IMG/VR virus record: IMGVR_UViG_3300030397_000537
Location: 1-33,408 of that record
Direction: 5' to 3' (one strand)
From: a virus
Lineage: Duplodnaviria; Caudoviricetes
DNA: 33,408 bases
Under the pieces are notes generated by a model. The model worked only from the letters and a program-made list of their open reading frames with translations, did no database searches and had not been told where the DNA came from. The translations under genes and the position numbers were made by a program. Shown here one piece after another: positions 8,890 through 19,153 of this stretch; the stretch's first letter is position 1; every line of letters starts with the position of its first letter.

Positions 8890-11144
8890 TGGCGGCGGCG
8901 ATTGGGGTTATATCCAAAGCCGGGTTTAAGTTCGAATCCGGTAATTATGGCGTTGCCATTTCGCTTGGTTCCGGTGATCAGCTTTATTTCTCCGGTTCAT
9001 CCTGGAATTTGAGCAATGTTTTTCAGAATCAACCGCAAAGCGCGGTTTATGGCGGCAATGCTTCGCAAAAAATCTCGCGGATAATTGAGGGTAGTATTTC
9101 CATTTCTCCGACCTATAAAAGCATTGCGCTTTTAACCGCGGCGCTTGGTGATTCGGCAAAATCCTTTTCGCCGCAGCAGGTAGCACTTGGGGTTTATCAG
9201 CATTACATAAATCCGGGATTTGTTAGAACAAGAACGCCGGACTACTTTGATGACAATTCCGACACGTCAATTTACAGTCGAGGAACCTTGTGTGTGGATA
9301 ACGGTGTTAGCATTTGGCAGATTGACGGCAGCTATATTGAATCCTGGTCTTTTTCCGTTCGCAATGGCCGGGTGAGTTTTTCTTTTAATATTTCCGGTAG
9401 AGAATTAAAGTTTGATCCATCTACAAACAATTCCTCCAGCTCCTGGACGCTGCCGGAAAGTGAAACGCTTTACGAAACTAATCTTGAGATTTATTTAAAA
9501 CCGCTGAATCAGATTAATATTCCTGTCCTGATGACGTTGAACGTGACCGATGCAGGCGGGAATGGAAATATTTTTGTTCAAGCTTTTGAATATGCTGCGG
9601 AAAATTTGGCGGACAGGCTTGAAGGCCTTTTAAATGCTAACGGCACATTGAACGGTGTTTACAAGGTAAAGTTTAACCACTTTGCACGACGCTTTGAATA
9701 TAGCTGTGACATCAATTTTGTTATTAAGGGAACCGGAACAATAAACAGCACTATCGGCCTAGAGAACTCTGATACTGCCAGCGCAAAAACGTATTTTTCT
9801 TACCATCCTATAAAATTTAAAATGGAAGCTTTTGCGGCTGGAGACAAGGTTTCTGTGGATGAGTTTAGCCTAAATTTTTCCGGGAATTTGGAACGGGAAA
9901 CAACGCTGAATTCTGATCCTTTTGTCGATGAAGCAAAGCGAGGAAAATCGCACGAAACGAGCGGGTCTTTTAAAATTCCGCGTTATGAAAACAATGATGT
10001 TTTAAACCGGGTACGCAGCGCGACCTATTTTGAAATGCGGGTAAAATTTACCGGGAATGATTTGATTGGAACAGCCGGAACGCATAACGAAGAATTTTAC
10101 ATTGATTTGCCTTCGGTGATGATAGACAAAGCAAGCCTGGGCATCAGCAAAAGCATTACGCCGATTAATTTTGAGTTTATTGCTGATTGGCCGGTGTTCT
10201 TTAACCCGGAAAATTCAACACAAAAAAATTATATCTGGCGTTCTGTTTACAAGGGTTTCACTTCGGAAGAAGTGCGGTTTTTGTTCAATTATAAAGGAAA
10301 CCTTTATGTTAATGCTTACGACGGATCCAGCACGAGCGAAGTTTTTTTAATTGAGGGCGGCGCGCTGGTCGATACCGGCTATACAACAACCTGGGGCACT
10401 CTGCTTTCTTCGCTTGAATACAACGGAAATTTGCTTGTTGGTGCAGATGATAACAAAATTTACAAATACGACGGTTCAAGCTGGTCAAATGTCGGAACGC
10501 TCGGCGGTGATGTTGTTTCAATTGTTGTTTTTAACGAAAAACTTTATGCAATTGACGCGGCAGGAAATGTTTACACATCCTCAAACGGCGGCGATTCCTG
10601 GGTTTTTGATGATGTTTATGGAACAAAAGGCTACCAGCTTTTAGCGTATAATGATGAATTGTTTTTTTTGGTAAAAGATGGAACGACCGCAACAACACAT
10701 TTAAAAATTCTTGAACCTGCTGTGACTTCTGTTAAAAACTTTGGTGCAGATTCCATCGCCAGAATGGTGTTGCACAATGGTTTATTGTTTGCATATGCCG
10801 GCAGCAAGTTTGGCTATTACGATGGAAGCGCCTGGACTGATTTTTCGGATTTGTATGATCAACCGTTTGGCATGTCAAGTTACCTGGGGCAGTTGATACT
10901 TTGCATGAATATTGATGACGAACATGAAGTTTCTGTTTATGATTTTAACGGGTCTTCAAGGCAAACAATAAAATCGCTTGGCGTGGATTACTTCGGAGCA
11001 GATGGAAGCTTTATTGTTAAAGGCAACCAATTAAATAATCGTTTGTTCTTCCCCGCGAAAACAAACGGCACACTTACCTGTATTGGTATTCCCGATATAA
11101 TGCTGACGTTTCAGAACAATTTAACGACAAACCCGATGGAGTAA
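8889..11144 (+). CDS. Second tail-tube-like protein with inserted domain and beta-propeller-like region
   Basis: Several motifs collinear with 7813..8889. C-terminal repeats YNGNLLVG..IYKYDGSSW, FNEKLYA, HNGLLFA..YYDGSAW. Confidence 0.72.
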   Translation: MAAAIGVISKAGFKFESGNYGVAISLGSGDQLYFSGSSWNLSNVFQNQPQSAVYGGNASQKISRIIEGSISISPTYKSIALLTAALGDSAKSFSPQQVALGVYQHYINPGFVRTRTPDYFDDNSDTSIYSRGTLCVDNGVSIWQIDGSYIESWSFSVRNGRVSFSFNISGRELKFDPSTNNSSSSWTLPESETLYETNLEIYLKPLNQINIPVLMTLNVTDAGGNGNIFVQAFEYAAENLADRLEGLLNANGTLNGVYKVKFNHFARRFEYSCDINFVIKGTGTINSTIGLENSDTASAKTYFSYHPIKFKMEAFAAGDKVSVDEFSLNFSGNLERETTLNSDPFVDEAKRGKSHETSGSFKIPRYENNDVLNRVRSATYFEMRVKFTGNDLIGTAGTHNEEFYIDLPSVMIDKASLGISKSITPINFEFIADWPVFFNPENSTQKNYIWRSVYKGFTSEEVRFLFNYKGNLYVNAYDGSSTSEVFLIEGGALVDTGYTTTWGTLLSSLEYNGNLLVGADDNKIYKYDGSSWSNVGTLGGDVVSIVVFNEKLYAIDAAGNVYTSSNGGDSWVFDDVYGTKGYQLLAYNDELFFLVKDGTTATTHLKILEPAVTSVKNFGADSIARMVLHNGLLFAYAGSKFGYYDGSAWTDFSDLYDQPFGMSSYLGQLILCMNIDDEHEVSVYDFNGSSRQTIKSLGVDYFGADGSFIVKGNQLNNRLFFPAKTNGTLTCIGIPDIMLTFQNNLTTNPME

Positions 11145-11148
11145 TAAA

Positions 11149-11430
11149 ATGAGCAAAGAAAAATTCGCAGTTGAAAATTTTAAAATAGAAGAAAACCGCG
11201 CTGGCAGTTATCGAATTTCTGCAACAGTAAAAAATGAGGCAGAAAGTTTTAACCTGGCAGACATTGTAACAGAAGTGTCGATAAAGACTTTTCTGAAATC
11301 CGGGAATGCAAAACCGCATACCAAAGCCTTTTTTCAAAGGGCAAAAATTGAAATTGAAAATTTAAAGAAGAAAACCCAGAAACCCGCAAAAAAAGAGGAA
11401 AAAACAGATGGCAATAAAGCTGATAAATGA
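11149..11430 (+). CDS. Hypothetical tail-region protein
   Basis: GGAG RBS, 93 aa, within the operon. Confidence 0.55.
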   Translation: MSKEKFAVENFKIEENRAGSYRISATVKNEAESFNLADIVTEVSIKTFLKSGNAKPHTKAFFQRAKIEIENLKKKTQKPAKKEEKTDGNKADK

Positions 11431-11722
11431 GAATGAAAAGCTTGTTTATGAATATGAAGAATCGAAAATTTTTTATCGAAGAATAACCCTTGCCGAAGCG
11501 CAAAACCTGGAAAAACGTTGTGTGGATCGGAAGAACCGCCGTGACAATGAGAAGGCCGTAAAATTGCGTCTGGAGCATTGCGTTCTCGGATGGGAAGGCG
11601 TGAAAGGTGATGATGACAATGACTTGCCTTTTAAAAAGGAATATCTCGAATTTCTGCCAGGCGACATCCAGCTTGATTTGATAAAATTGACAGATTCCGC
11701 AAGCGGTGAATTAAATTTGTAA
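11408..11722 (+). CDS. Tail assembly chaperone (gpG-like)
   Basis: GAGG RBS; HCVLGWEGVKGDDDNDLPF motif; upstream of tape measure. Confidence 0.8.
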   Translation: MAIKLINENEKLVYEYEESKIFYRRITLAEAQNLEKRCVDRKNRRDNEKAVKLRLEHCVLGWEGVKGDDDNDLPFKKEYLEFLPGDIQLDLIKLTDSASGELNL

Positions 11723-12135
11723 GATTGGCCGCACATGCAAAGGTGTGCGGCATGTTCAAAATATATCCGAATTATTGCGCGGAATGCGTGGCGCATTTTG
11801 AGAAGAGAGCGCAGGATGTGCCATGCGAAACCGGCGTTTGTGTGGTCACAAAACGTGACCCGGAAGATGAAGAAGCGCCGATGTTTTTGAGCGAGCCGGA
11901 AATGTATGTTGCTTTGAGTTATCTGGAGTTAACCGACATTTCCGAGCGTTCGAGATACACAAAGATTATCGGGGAAGGGCGAAAACAACAAGAGGTAACA
12001 TCCTACTTGCCGACACTTTCCAATTTAGCGGCCTGGTTAAGTGCAAATGATTGGAATTCCGCACCGCTGGAACCGGCGGTTTTTATTAAAGCTGTTGGCG
12101 TTTTTCATCAGAGTTATTTGGGAATGATTAAGTGA
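11713..12135 (+). CDS. Tail assembly chaperone -1 frameshift extension (gpGT-like)
   Basis: Slippery A AAT TTG at 11713-11719 just before TAA; the -1 frame is open to 12135. No good RBS for the TTG at 11725. Confidence 0.7.
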   Translation, partial: KFVRLAAHAKVCGMFKIYPNYCAECVAHFEKRAQDVPCETGVCVVTKRDPEDEEAPMFLSEPEMYVALSYLELTDISERSRYTKIIGEGRKQQEVTSYLPTLSNLAAWLSANDWNSAPLEPAVFIKAVGVFHQSYLGMIK

Positions 12136-15100
12136 GTTTTATCAAAATTGACATTATTGCAAAGGATTCCACCGGCCCGGCAACGGATTCCGCGAAGCAA
12201 AAAGCGAAAGAGCTTGAAACCGCTGTTAGCAAAGTAAATAAGCGTTTCAAAGCACTTGCTTTAACTGCTGTCGCGACAATTACCTTTGCAGTGAATTCCT
12301 TTGCCAATTTTGAAAAAGGCATTACTGAAATATCCACGCTGATGGGGGAAACGACAGATACCGCCATTGTGCAGATGGGGCAGGAAATAAAATCGCTTGC
12401 CGTGGAGTTTGGGCAAACAATCCAGTCAATGACGTCTGCCCGGTATGATGTTGTATCTGCCGGTTTTAAAGACGCGGCGGACAGCGCGGAAATCCTCACT
12501 AATTCCGCGAAGCTGGCAACGGCGGGCGTTGCGGAAGTGTCTGCGACTGCGGATGTTTTAACGTCTGTTTTGAATGCGTACGGGAAACAGGCCAGCGAAT
12601 CGGCGCGGGTTTCGGATATTCTGTTTAAAACGGTGGAATTGGGTAAAACGCGGATCGATTTGCTGGCGTCCGGGCTTGGCCGTGTTATTTCCATAGCGCC
12701 GACGGTCGGTGTTAGTTTCGAAGAAGTCTCCGCGAGCGTTGCGACATTAACCGCCATCGGCCAAAGCACGGATGAAGCAGTGACGGCCCTGGGCGCAACA
12801 ATGACACAGATGTTAAGCCCTTCGGATGCGCTGCAAAAACGGTTGAAAGAATTGGGATTTGAAACCGGTGTTCAGGCTGTTAAAACGCTCGGATTTTCCG
12901 ATACACTGAAGGTATTGACGGAAGGCATTAACGAGGCGGAGTTGGCCGCACGGTTTCCGAATGTCCGCGCTATGCGGGCCGTTTTCCCCCTGATTGGCGA
13001 GGCCGCAGATAAGTTCTCCGCAAATTTGGCGGATATTCAAACGGCTTCCGGTTCGGTTGATAAGGCTTTTGAAAAGATTGCAGACACTACTTTTTTTCAG
13101 CTTAACAAGATGAAAGAAAGCGTGAAGGTTGTGATTGGCAATATCGGTAAAACTTTTGCACCCTTGCTGGAAATGTTGGCGCGGGCGGTTGAGTCTTTCG
13201 CGAAACTAAGCCCTGCAACACAACTTACAACAATTGGCCTGGGCGTTCTGATTGTTTCCATAAAGGCTTTAGCGCCTTTGATAGCAATTGCAACGGCGGG
13301 CACATCTGCTTTTAGTTTCAGCCTTTCCGCACTTGGAACGGCAATCAAAGGGTTGTTTGCTTCAATTGGCCCGGCGGGTTGGATTATTGCCGGAGTTTCT
13401 GCGTTGATTCCGCTTGTCATTAGCATGGACAATGCTTTTGCTGACACCCGAACAGAAGTTGAGAAGTTTCAAGATGCGATGGATAAAATTTCTACTGAAG
13501 GCGCGCGGGCACAATTTACGCAGCTTGAAACAAAACTTGATGAAACAATCAAAAAACGCGATGAGCTAGTGCGTAAACTGGCAAGCCAGGTTGTTTTAGA
13601 GGGCAAGGTAGAGTTTTCCGGAACCGATGAACTGAGAGACATCAATGCGCAAGTTGAAATTTTGCAAGGCAAAATGGGCGTTTTGAAAGACCGGGCAAGC
13701 GAAGCAGGGACGGAAATACAGGCACAGTTTAAAACGCTTTCTGCTGATCAGCTTGCAAACGAGCTTGTTACCGTGAATATGCGTATTTTGAAAATGCGTG
13801 ACAACTTGCAAGATTTGGAGAGGGTAAAAGCAACTGCCTTACGTGAGGAAAGATCACAAATCGCCGGGCAAATTGACAATTTAAATAACGCCCTGGGAAA
13901 AGCGGTTGCAGAACAAACCATTTTAAACCAGCTTTACGAAAACCTGGATGCATCTGCCGTTCAGGAAATTGCAGATGCCGCGGGTGATATTGATGTTGGC
14001 AGCGGTGTAAATATTCCTTTCACAGTCGATCCGGATGCGCTGCAAGAGAAATATACCAGCGCTTTAAAATCGCTTGAGCGGCAGCAAGTAGAATTAACCG
14101 CAAAAGCAAACCTGGAGATTGTCACAACCGGCGCAATTTCGGAAGATTTAAACAAGCAGATTGAAGAAGTCGCGGCAAATGCGAGCGCCTTAAAAGTGCT
14201 GATTCGCCCGATTGAAATTGATACAGATTTGGAATCCAGCCTTGAAAAAATGGTTGATGATTTCGAATCTGCAAATGAAGAGATAGACAATTCCGACAAA
14301 ACGCGAATTGATAATTTTATAAACCGGCAGGCATTGCTAAATGAAAAACGGATTGAGGCTTCAAAACTTCTTGAAGAATTATCTTTCAGGGATTCTGATA
14401 ATCAGATTTTAGAGTTGCAAAAAAGGTTTGATGCGGTTGCTAAATACGCAGACGACCGGGAAGCGCTGGAGGTTGCGCTGCAAGAACGGCTTGCAGAAAT
14501 AAGAGCGGAAGCAGCAGAAAATGAACGCCAGGAATCGCTTAACAATGTAGCCACACAGCTTGGTTATGTAACGGACCTGGTTTCTAATATTTCAAGCGCC
14601 TTCTCGAACCTCGCGGATTTAAAGATTGCTAAAAATAAAAAAGAGCAGCAAGAATCTTTAAAAACGCTCGACAAGTCTTTCGAAAAGCAAAAAAAGCTTT
14701 TAGAAAAGAAGCATACGACAGATGGAAAAATTACGGAACAAGGTAAGTCTGCAATTGCAGCGCTGGAGGAGCGGCATCAAGCGCGGGTAACGGCTTTAAA
14801 AGAGGAAGGGCAGGAAAAAGAACGGCAAATACTGGCAAGGTTAAAACCGATAAAGGTTGCGCAATCGCTTAGTAATACGGCATTGGCCGTTACCAAAGCG
14901 CTTGCATCTGCGCCGCCGCCGATTAACTACGCTTTAGCGTCTGCCGTTGGGCTTGCCGGCGCAGCGCAAACCGCGGTTATCGCCGCACAGCCATTTCAGG
15001 AAGGTGCAATTTTAGATTCTCGCAACAAGAAGCTTTCTCCCGGCCAAAACATTTTTTCATTTGCACCGCAAGGCCGCGATACCATTCCCGCCGTGTTGGA

Positions 15101-15497
15101 AATTGGCGAAGCGGTTATTCCCGCGGCAGTTGTTCGCCAACATCGCGACCTGGTGGAAAATCTTATTGCCGGCAATGTGCCGCAAAATTTTAATATTGCA
15201 ACCGACAGAAGCGTTATTGATACTTTCCGCTCACTCGCTTTTGAAAATGGCGGCATTGTTGAAAGGAATCAAGGGAGTGAATCCTTTCAAGTGCCGCTGG
15301 TTAATAATCCCGGGGGCAGTGGCCGCAATGTAACAGTAAATTTAAATATAACTTCAAATTCTTTAAACCCGGAAGGCGCGCGGCAAGCAATTGAAGATTT
15401 AGTAAGGTCGGATGAATTTATAGAACCGCTGAAACAGGCAATTAATGACCGGGAAATTTTTATTGAAGTTGATGGAAACCAGGCGACGGTGAATTGA
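12132..15497 (+). CDS. Tail tape measure protein (TP901-family core)
   Basis: FANFEKGITEISTL, YDVVSAG, SDILFKTVELGKT, hydrophobic central segment, long coiled coil, C-terminal DTIPAVLEIGEAVIPA. Confidence 0.93.
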   Translation: MSFIKIDIIAKDSTGPATDSAKQKAKELETAVSKVNKRFKALALTAVATITFAVNSFANFEKGITEISTLMGETTDTAIVQMGQEIKSLAVEFGQTIQSMTSARYDVVSAGFKDAADSAEILTNSAKLATAGVAEVSATADVLTSVLNAYGKQASESARVSDILFKTVELGKTRIDLLASGLGRVISIAPTVGVSFEEVSASVATLTAIGQSTDEAVTALGATMTQMLSPSDALQKRLKELGFETGVQAVKTLGFSDTLKVLTEGINEAELAARFPNVRAMRAVFPLIGEAADKFSANLADIQTASGSVDKAFEKIADTTFFQLNKMKESVKVVIGNIGKTFAPLLEMLARAVESFAKLSPATQLTTIGLGVLIVSIKALAPLIAIATAGTSAFSFSLSALGTAIKGLFASIGPAGWIIAGVSALIPLVISMDNAFADTRTEVEKFQDAMDKISTEGARAQFTQLETKLDETIKKRDELVRKLASQVVLEGKVEFSGTDELRDINAQVEILQGKMGVLKDRASEAGTEIQAQFKTLSADQLANELVTVNMRILKMRDNLQDLERVKATALREERSQIAGQIDNLNNALGKAVAEQTILNQLYENLDASAVQEIADAAGDIDVGSGVNIPFTVDPDALQEKYTSALKSLERQQVELTAKANLEIVTTGAISEDLNKQIEEVAANASALKVLIRPIEIDTDLESSLEKMVDDFESANEEIDNSDKTRIDNFINRQALLNEKRIEASKLLEELSFRDSDNQILELQKRFDAVAKYADDREALEVALQERLAEIRAEAAENERQESLNNVATQLGYVTDLVSNISSAFSNLADLKIAKNKKEQQESLKTLDKSFEKQKKLLEKKHTTDGKITEQGKSAIAALEERHQARVTALKEEGQEKERQILARLKPIKVAQSLSNTALAVTKALASAPPPINYALASAVGLAGAAQTAVIAAQPFQEGAILDSRNKKLSPGQNIFSFAPQGRDTIPAVLEIGEAVIPAAVVRQHRDLVENLIAGNVPQNFNIATDRSVIDTFRSLAFENGGIVERNQGSESFQVPLVNNPGGSGRNVTVNLNITSNSLNPEGARQAIEDLVRSDEFIEPLKQAINDREIFIEVDGNQATVN

Positions 15498-15880
15498 TGG
15501 GAAAAATCGTATTTAGCAAAACCGGACTTAGCAATTTGACAATAGAACAGGCGCGCTCCTTTCCGCTGCTAGAAGAAATCACGATCAATCAACAAATGTA
15601 TTTAACGGAAGGGAACGAGGCGAAGGTTGTTGATTATGGTGATGATTTGGAGATCATAAACATTGTTATCGGCGGCCTTTCTCACGACAACTTGACAGGT
15701 ACCGTAAACGGATTGTTGACTTGGTTCAAGAACTCAGCTATTAATTGGGCACAGAATTCTTTTACGATGACAGATGAAACCGGCGCTGCGCAGACCGTGC
15801 GGTTTTGGGATAAAAAATTTAAGAAAGTTCAGAAAGCAAACGGCATTTTTGATATTAGTTTTAAGCTGAAAAAAGAATAA
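15497..15880 (+). CDS. Distal tail protein-like
   Basis: Small beta-rich gene directly after the tape measure with overlapping TGATG; ends DISFKLKKE. Confidence 0.55.
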   Translation: MGKIVFSKTGLSNLTIEQARSFPLLEEITINQQMYLTEGNEAKVVDYGDDLEIINIVIGGLSHDNLTGTVNGLLTWFKNSAINWAQNSFTMTDETGAAQTVRFWDKKFKKVQKANGIFDISFKLKKE

Positions 15881-15881
15881 G

Positions 15882-17978
15882 ATGGCGCTAACCTTACCGA
15901 CAGAAGTTACAAACAACAAAGATAAACAAGGCACAAAGCCGGTTTTGCTGGTAGAGATTCCAGGGCTTTCGGTCTATTTTTCATCAAAAGATTATACGAT
16001 GGATGAACCGTCGCGCACCTATGCGGGAGATTCTGCGAAAAACTTTTCTTCTGATATTTCGCAAAAGCTAACCGATGACGTTAACAAAATAAGTTCTTTG
16101 TCAAATATCACTTTGCGTATAAACGATTATAGGGGCACGTATCGATCTAGCATTTTCGAGGCGGATTCTACTTTAAATGATCAGGCTATTGATGTTTATT
16201 TGAAATATGATACCGGTGATATTAGCAGTTCCGGCAGGCTGAAAATATTTTCCGGTTTTATTGACGGTTTTTCTATATTGAAAGATCAGATAACATTGCG
16301 GGCTGCGGTAAAACGATTTAGCGAAAACGAGAGAATTCCCGCAGAACTTTTAAGCGATCATTACTCAATTTTCGATGGAGAAAACGGCATTGCGTTGCCC
16401 CGGCAATACGGCGATTTTGCGTGGTCAACCGACCCGCGCTGGTGGGGCGATGTGAACAACGGGTATGCAATTTGTCCTTATGTGAACAATGAAGGCGGTC
16501 AGAAACTTTTCCATGCTTCATCGCATGAAATGAACGAGTTTCCAAATACGCTTGCCCAGGTTAATACAAAGCAAGATTCATATATTTTCAGCTACCGCGG
16601 CAAGCATTGGGTTCATCATCAACTGCCAGGTATTACAACAACAAACAATTCCGGCGGATGTTATTTTAAATTGAATTCCGGCAGCGGTTTTACAGAATCT
16701 GCGGTGTGGATGAACCCAAACGCGGTTTATACCGGCGGGGCGAATTCTAACACGGCAACCAATTTGACAAACGCAATTGACGGAAAAAGCGCAACAGTTG
16801 CCAGTTTTGGTGATATTACCGCGACACATGGCAGTTTTGATGGATTTAATTTCAGCGATGATTTCCGTTTTGATGATAGTTCTCTTGATGCGAGTATATT
16901 TATCTATCTTCAAAACCCATCCACAATCGGGAATATTGGTACTGTAAGATTAAGGCGAAAGTCCGATGACAGCATTTTGTTTGGTAACTCGTTTAACGGC
17001 GATGTTACAGGCTGGCGCGCAACAGCCGTTTTAACAGGTATTGACACAGATGACTTTGCAGATAGCTATATTGAAATAGAATGCAAAGCAAATGAGGACT
17101 TTGAAGTTGGCGGCGTTTTAATTTTCACACCGGTCGAAAATTGGGATGTTTCTTTGGATGAAAAATGCCTTTATGTAAGGTGCAAAGGCCGGGAATTTTC
17201 AGGAACCTGGGAAAGCCGTAAAACATCCGGCAACTTAATCGAAAATCCGTATGATATGCTTGAATCTGTTTTTCGAGATGAACTTTCTTACACAAATATA
17301 AACACAACATCTTTCGACAATGCGACAACTGTTTTTTCAACTTATAAGGCCGGGTATTCATTTATAAATAGAATGTCTCCGGACAAATTTTTAAACGAAT
17401 TTGCAAAGTCGTTCAATGTTGGAGTTGGCATTTCCCCGACCGGCGATGCTACACTCGCAATTCCAAACGACAGCCTAGATTTTACCGGTTCGGGCACATC
17501 AACGCCAGGCAAAAGCGATATAATAACGGATCAAAAAACAGCTTCGAACGGCTCTTTTAGCAAAAACCCGATTTTAAAAGGAAGCTTTATACCGGGAAAA
17601 ACAAAAGCCACAAACCTGGTTGAAAAATTGCGAATCAATTATACTTCAACAATGTCCGGAGAGTTTAAGGAGACAGGCACAACCGGCAGCGGAAATGAAG
17701 CAGTTCTTGAAAATATTTTCACGGGCAATTCTACGACAATAACCGCTTTACTGACGTTCATTCACGGTTTTTTGAGTGTGCAGCGCTGGTATGTGGAATT
17801 GACTACTTTTAACAATGCGATTGATGTCGAGTTAGGCGACATAAAAAACGTGCAGCACGATGATTTGACTGATGCACTGTTACCTGCAACTGTTACAACT
17901 CAAAAATGGATTGTGACAAGTTTGCGGATGAATCCTTTGAAGGAGTTGATAAAGATTCGATTGATTGCAATACCATAA
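15882..17978 (+). CDS. Tail tip/baseplate hub-like protein
   Basis: PVLLVEI, IFSGFID, LPRQYGDF, LIENPYDML, VELGDIKNV motifs; central Asn/Thr/Ser-rich segment. Confidence 0.7.
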   Translation: MALTLPTEVTNNKDKQGTKPVLLVEIPGLSVYFSSKDYTMDEPSRTYAGDSAKNFSSDISQKLTDDVNKISSLSNITLRINDYRGTYRSSIFEADSTLNDQAIDVYLKYDTGDISSSGRLKIFSGFIDGFSILKDQITLRAAVKRFSENERIPAELLSDHYSIFDGENGIALPRQYGDFAWSTDPRWWGDVNNGYAICPYVNNEGGQKLFHASSHEMNEFPNTLAQVNTKQDSYIFSYRGKHWVHHQLPGITTTNNSGGCYFKLNSGSGFTESAVWMNPNAVYTGGANSNTATNLTNAIDGKSATVASFGDITATHGSFDGFNFSDDFRFDDSSLDASIFIYLQNPSTIGNIGTVRLRRKSDDSILFGNSFNGDVTGWRATAVLTGIDTDDFADSYIEIECKANEDFEVGGVLIFTPVENWDVSLDEKCLYVRCKGREFSGTWESRKTSGNLIENPYDMLESVFRDELSYTNINTTSFDNATTVFSTYKAGYSFINRMSPDKFLNEFAKSFNVGVGISPTGDATLAIPNDSLDFTGSGTSTPGKSDIITDQKTASNGSFSKNPILKGSFIPGKTKATNLVEKLRINYTSTMSGEFKETGTTGSGNEAVLENIFTGNSTTITALLTFIHGFLSVQRWYVELTTFNNAIDVELGDIKNVQHDDLTDALLPATVTTQKWIVTSLRMNPLKELIKIRLIAIP

Positions 17979-17992
17979 ATCCCCCTTCTCCC

Positions 17993-18223
17993 CTACTCCA
18001 CCCGGTTTTCAAAAATCTGTGCGGGGTAGGGGACTGGAATTTCAAGCAAGAAGAAACCAAACGTGTCTTTTTGGACACAGTATTTTTTGTTTTCTTCTTG
18101 CGTTAAAATGGACAGCGTAAACGGCGTTTTTAGATTCACGATATTATCTATTGCTTTGATTGTTTCTGTCGCAGCTTCACAATCGATCTTTTCCATCCTT
18201 AAAACCATTTCTTTATCCCCCAC
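17993..18223 (-). CDS. Small hypothetical protein (uncertain)
   Basis: 76-aa ORF downstream of the leftward gene; its 3' end overlaps a hairpin. Confidence 0.3.
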   Translation of the reverse strand: MGDKEMVLRMEKIDCEAATETIKAIDNIVNLKTPFTLSILTQEENKKYCVQKDTFGFFLLEIPVPYPAQIFENRVE

Positions 18224-18388
18224 TTGCCAGGTAAATTTTTACTTTCTCAAAAAAGGGAAGAATATATTTAAAAAAGAGGTATATAAAAATTACGCTGAGG
18301 CTAATTTTAAAAATACCTCTTAGAAAATTTTGCATGTTTTGGTTTAGATTTTTCATAGAAATCCGTCTATTTTCGTCCAAAATGGACA

Positions 18389-19135
18389 CTAATTGCCGGT
18401 AAAATGCCTACCTTTTCTACCCATTTCTTGCAAATACTTTCGAACTGTTTCGCGGCTTGAGACACCAACGGCGGCGGCCATTTCGCTTAATGAGGCGTCA
18501 GGGTATTCGTCGATAAAATCTTCCAGCATTTGCATACGTTCCTGTTTGTTTCGACGAACCTGGGCATTCGCAGCACTCATGTCCATTGTTGAAGCCCGCG
18601 TATAGCCATTTCTATTTGCATGACCATTTTGAGAACTGGTTATCGGGCGTTTTGCATGTCCATCTTGAGCGTTGTTGCGAACTTGCTGCTGCCGAAGCGC
18701 TACCAGGTTCCGTGTGCCAATCGTATCACACATTACATACGCGAGAATCGGAAAAACGATTGTCCCGGCCAGCCATTGCGTCCAGGTTAGCGGGTCTAGC
18801 TGGGTTAAGCTATCCATTGTTAATCCAATTCCATACGCAGAGCGAAAGCCTTCCGCCATATTTGCAATACCGGAAGCAAAAAGCACCAGCACTGTAACGA
18901 CGCGAACCATCCACGCCAATTCGCCATCTTTAATAAGCTCATCTTTGAAGATGGACATGGAAACCACGCCGGCATCGATAGCAAAAGCAGCAACGGCTCC
19001 CAACAGGAGACTATGATAGAAAAATTGGCTCATGAATGTCGTGCTATGCATAAAAGTTGCACTGAGAATGCCAATTAAACACAACGCGCCTGCACGATAT
19101 TTAACAATATCCCGGAATTTATTTTTCATTTCCAT
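18389..19135 (-). CDS. Membrane protein (about 4 TM, DUF2637/SpdA-like) with C-terminal HTH
   Basis: ATG 19135 follows GAGG. TM segments with AFAIDAG and SGIANM; C-terminal PDASLSEMAAAVGVSSRETVRKYL HTH. Confidence 0.75.
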   Translation of the reverse strand: MEMKNKFRDIVKYRAGALCLIGILSATFMHSTTFMSQFFYHSLLLGAVAAFAIDAGVVSMSIFKDELIKDGELAWMVRVVTVLVLFASGIANMAEGFRSAYGIGLTMDSLTQLDPLTWTQWLAGTIVFPILAYVMCDTIGTRNLVALRQQQVRNNAQDGHAKRPITSSQNGHANRNGYTRASTMDMSAANAQVRRNKQERMQMLEDFIDEYPDASLSEMAAAVGVSSRETVRKYLQEMGRKGRHFTGN

Positions 19136-19153
19136 GAAATATACCTCACAAAT

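Noticed and set aside
12128-15333. Antisense and alternative-frame ORFs in the tape measure gene, and similar ones across the window
   Set aside because: Shadow ORFs of real genes with no RBS or recognisable motifs.
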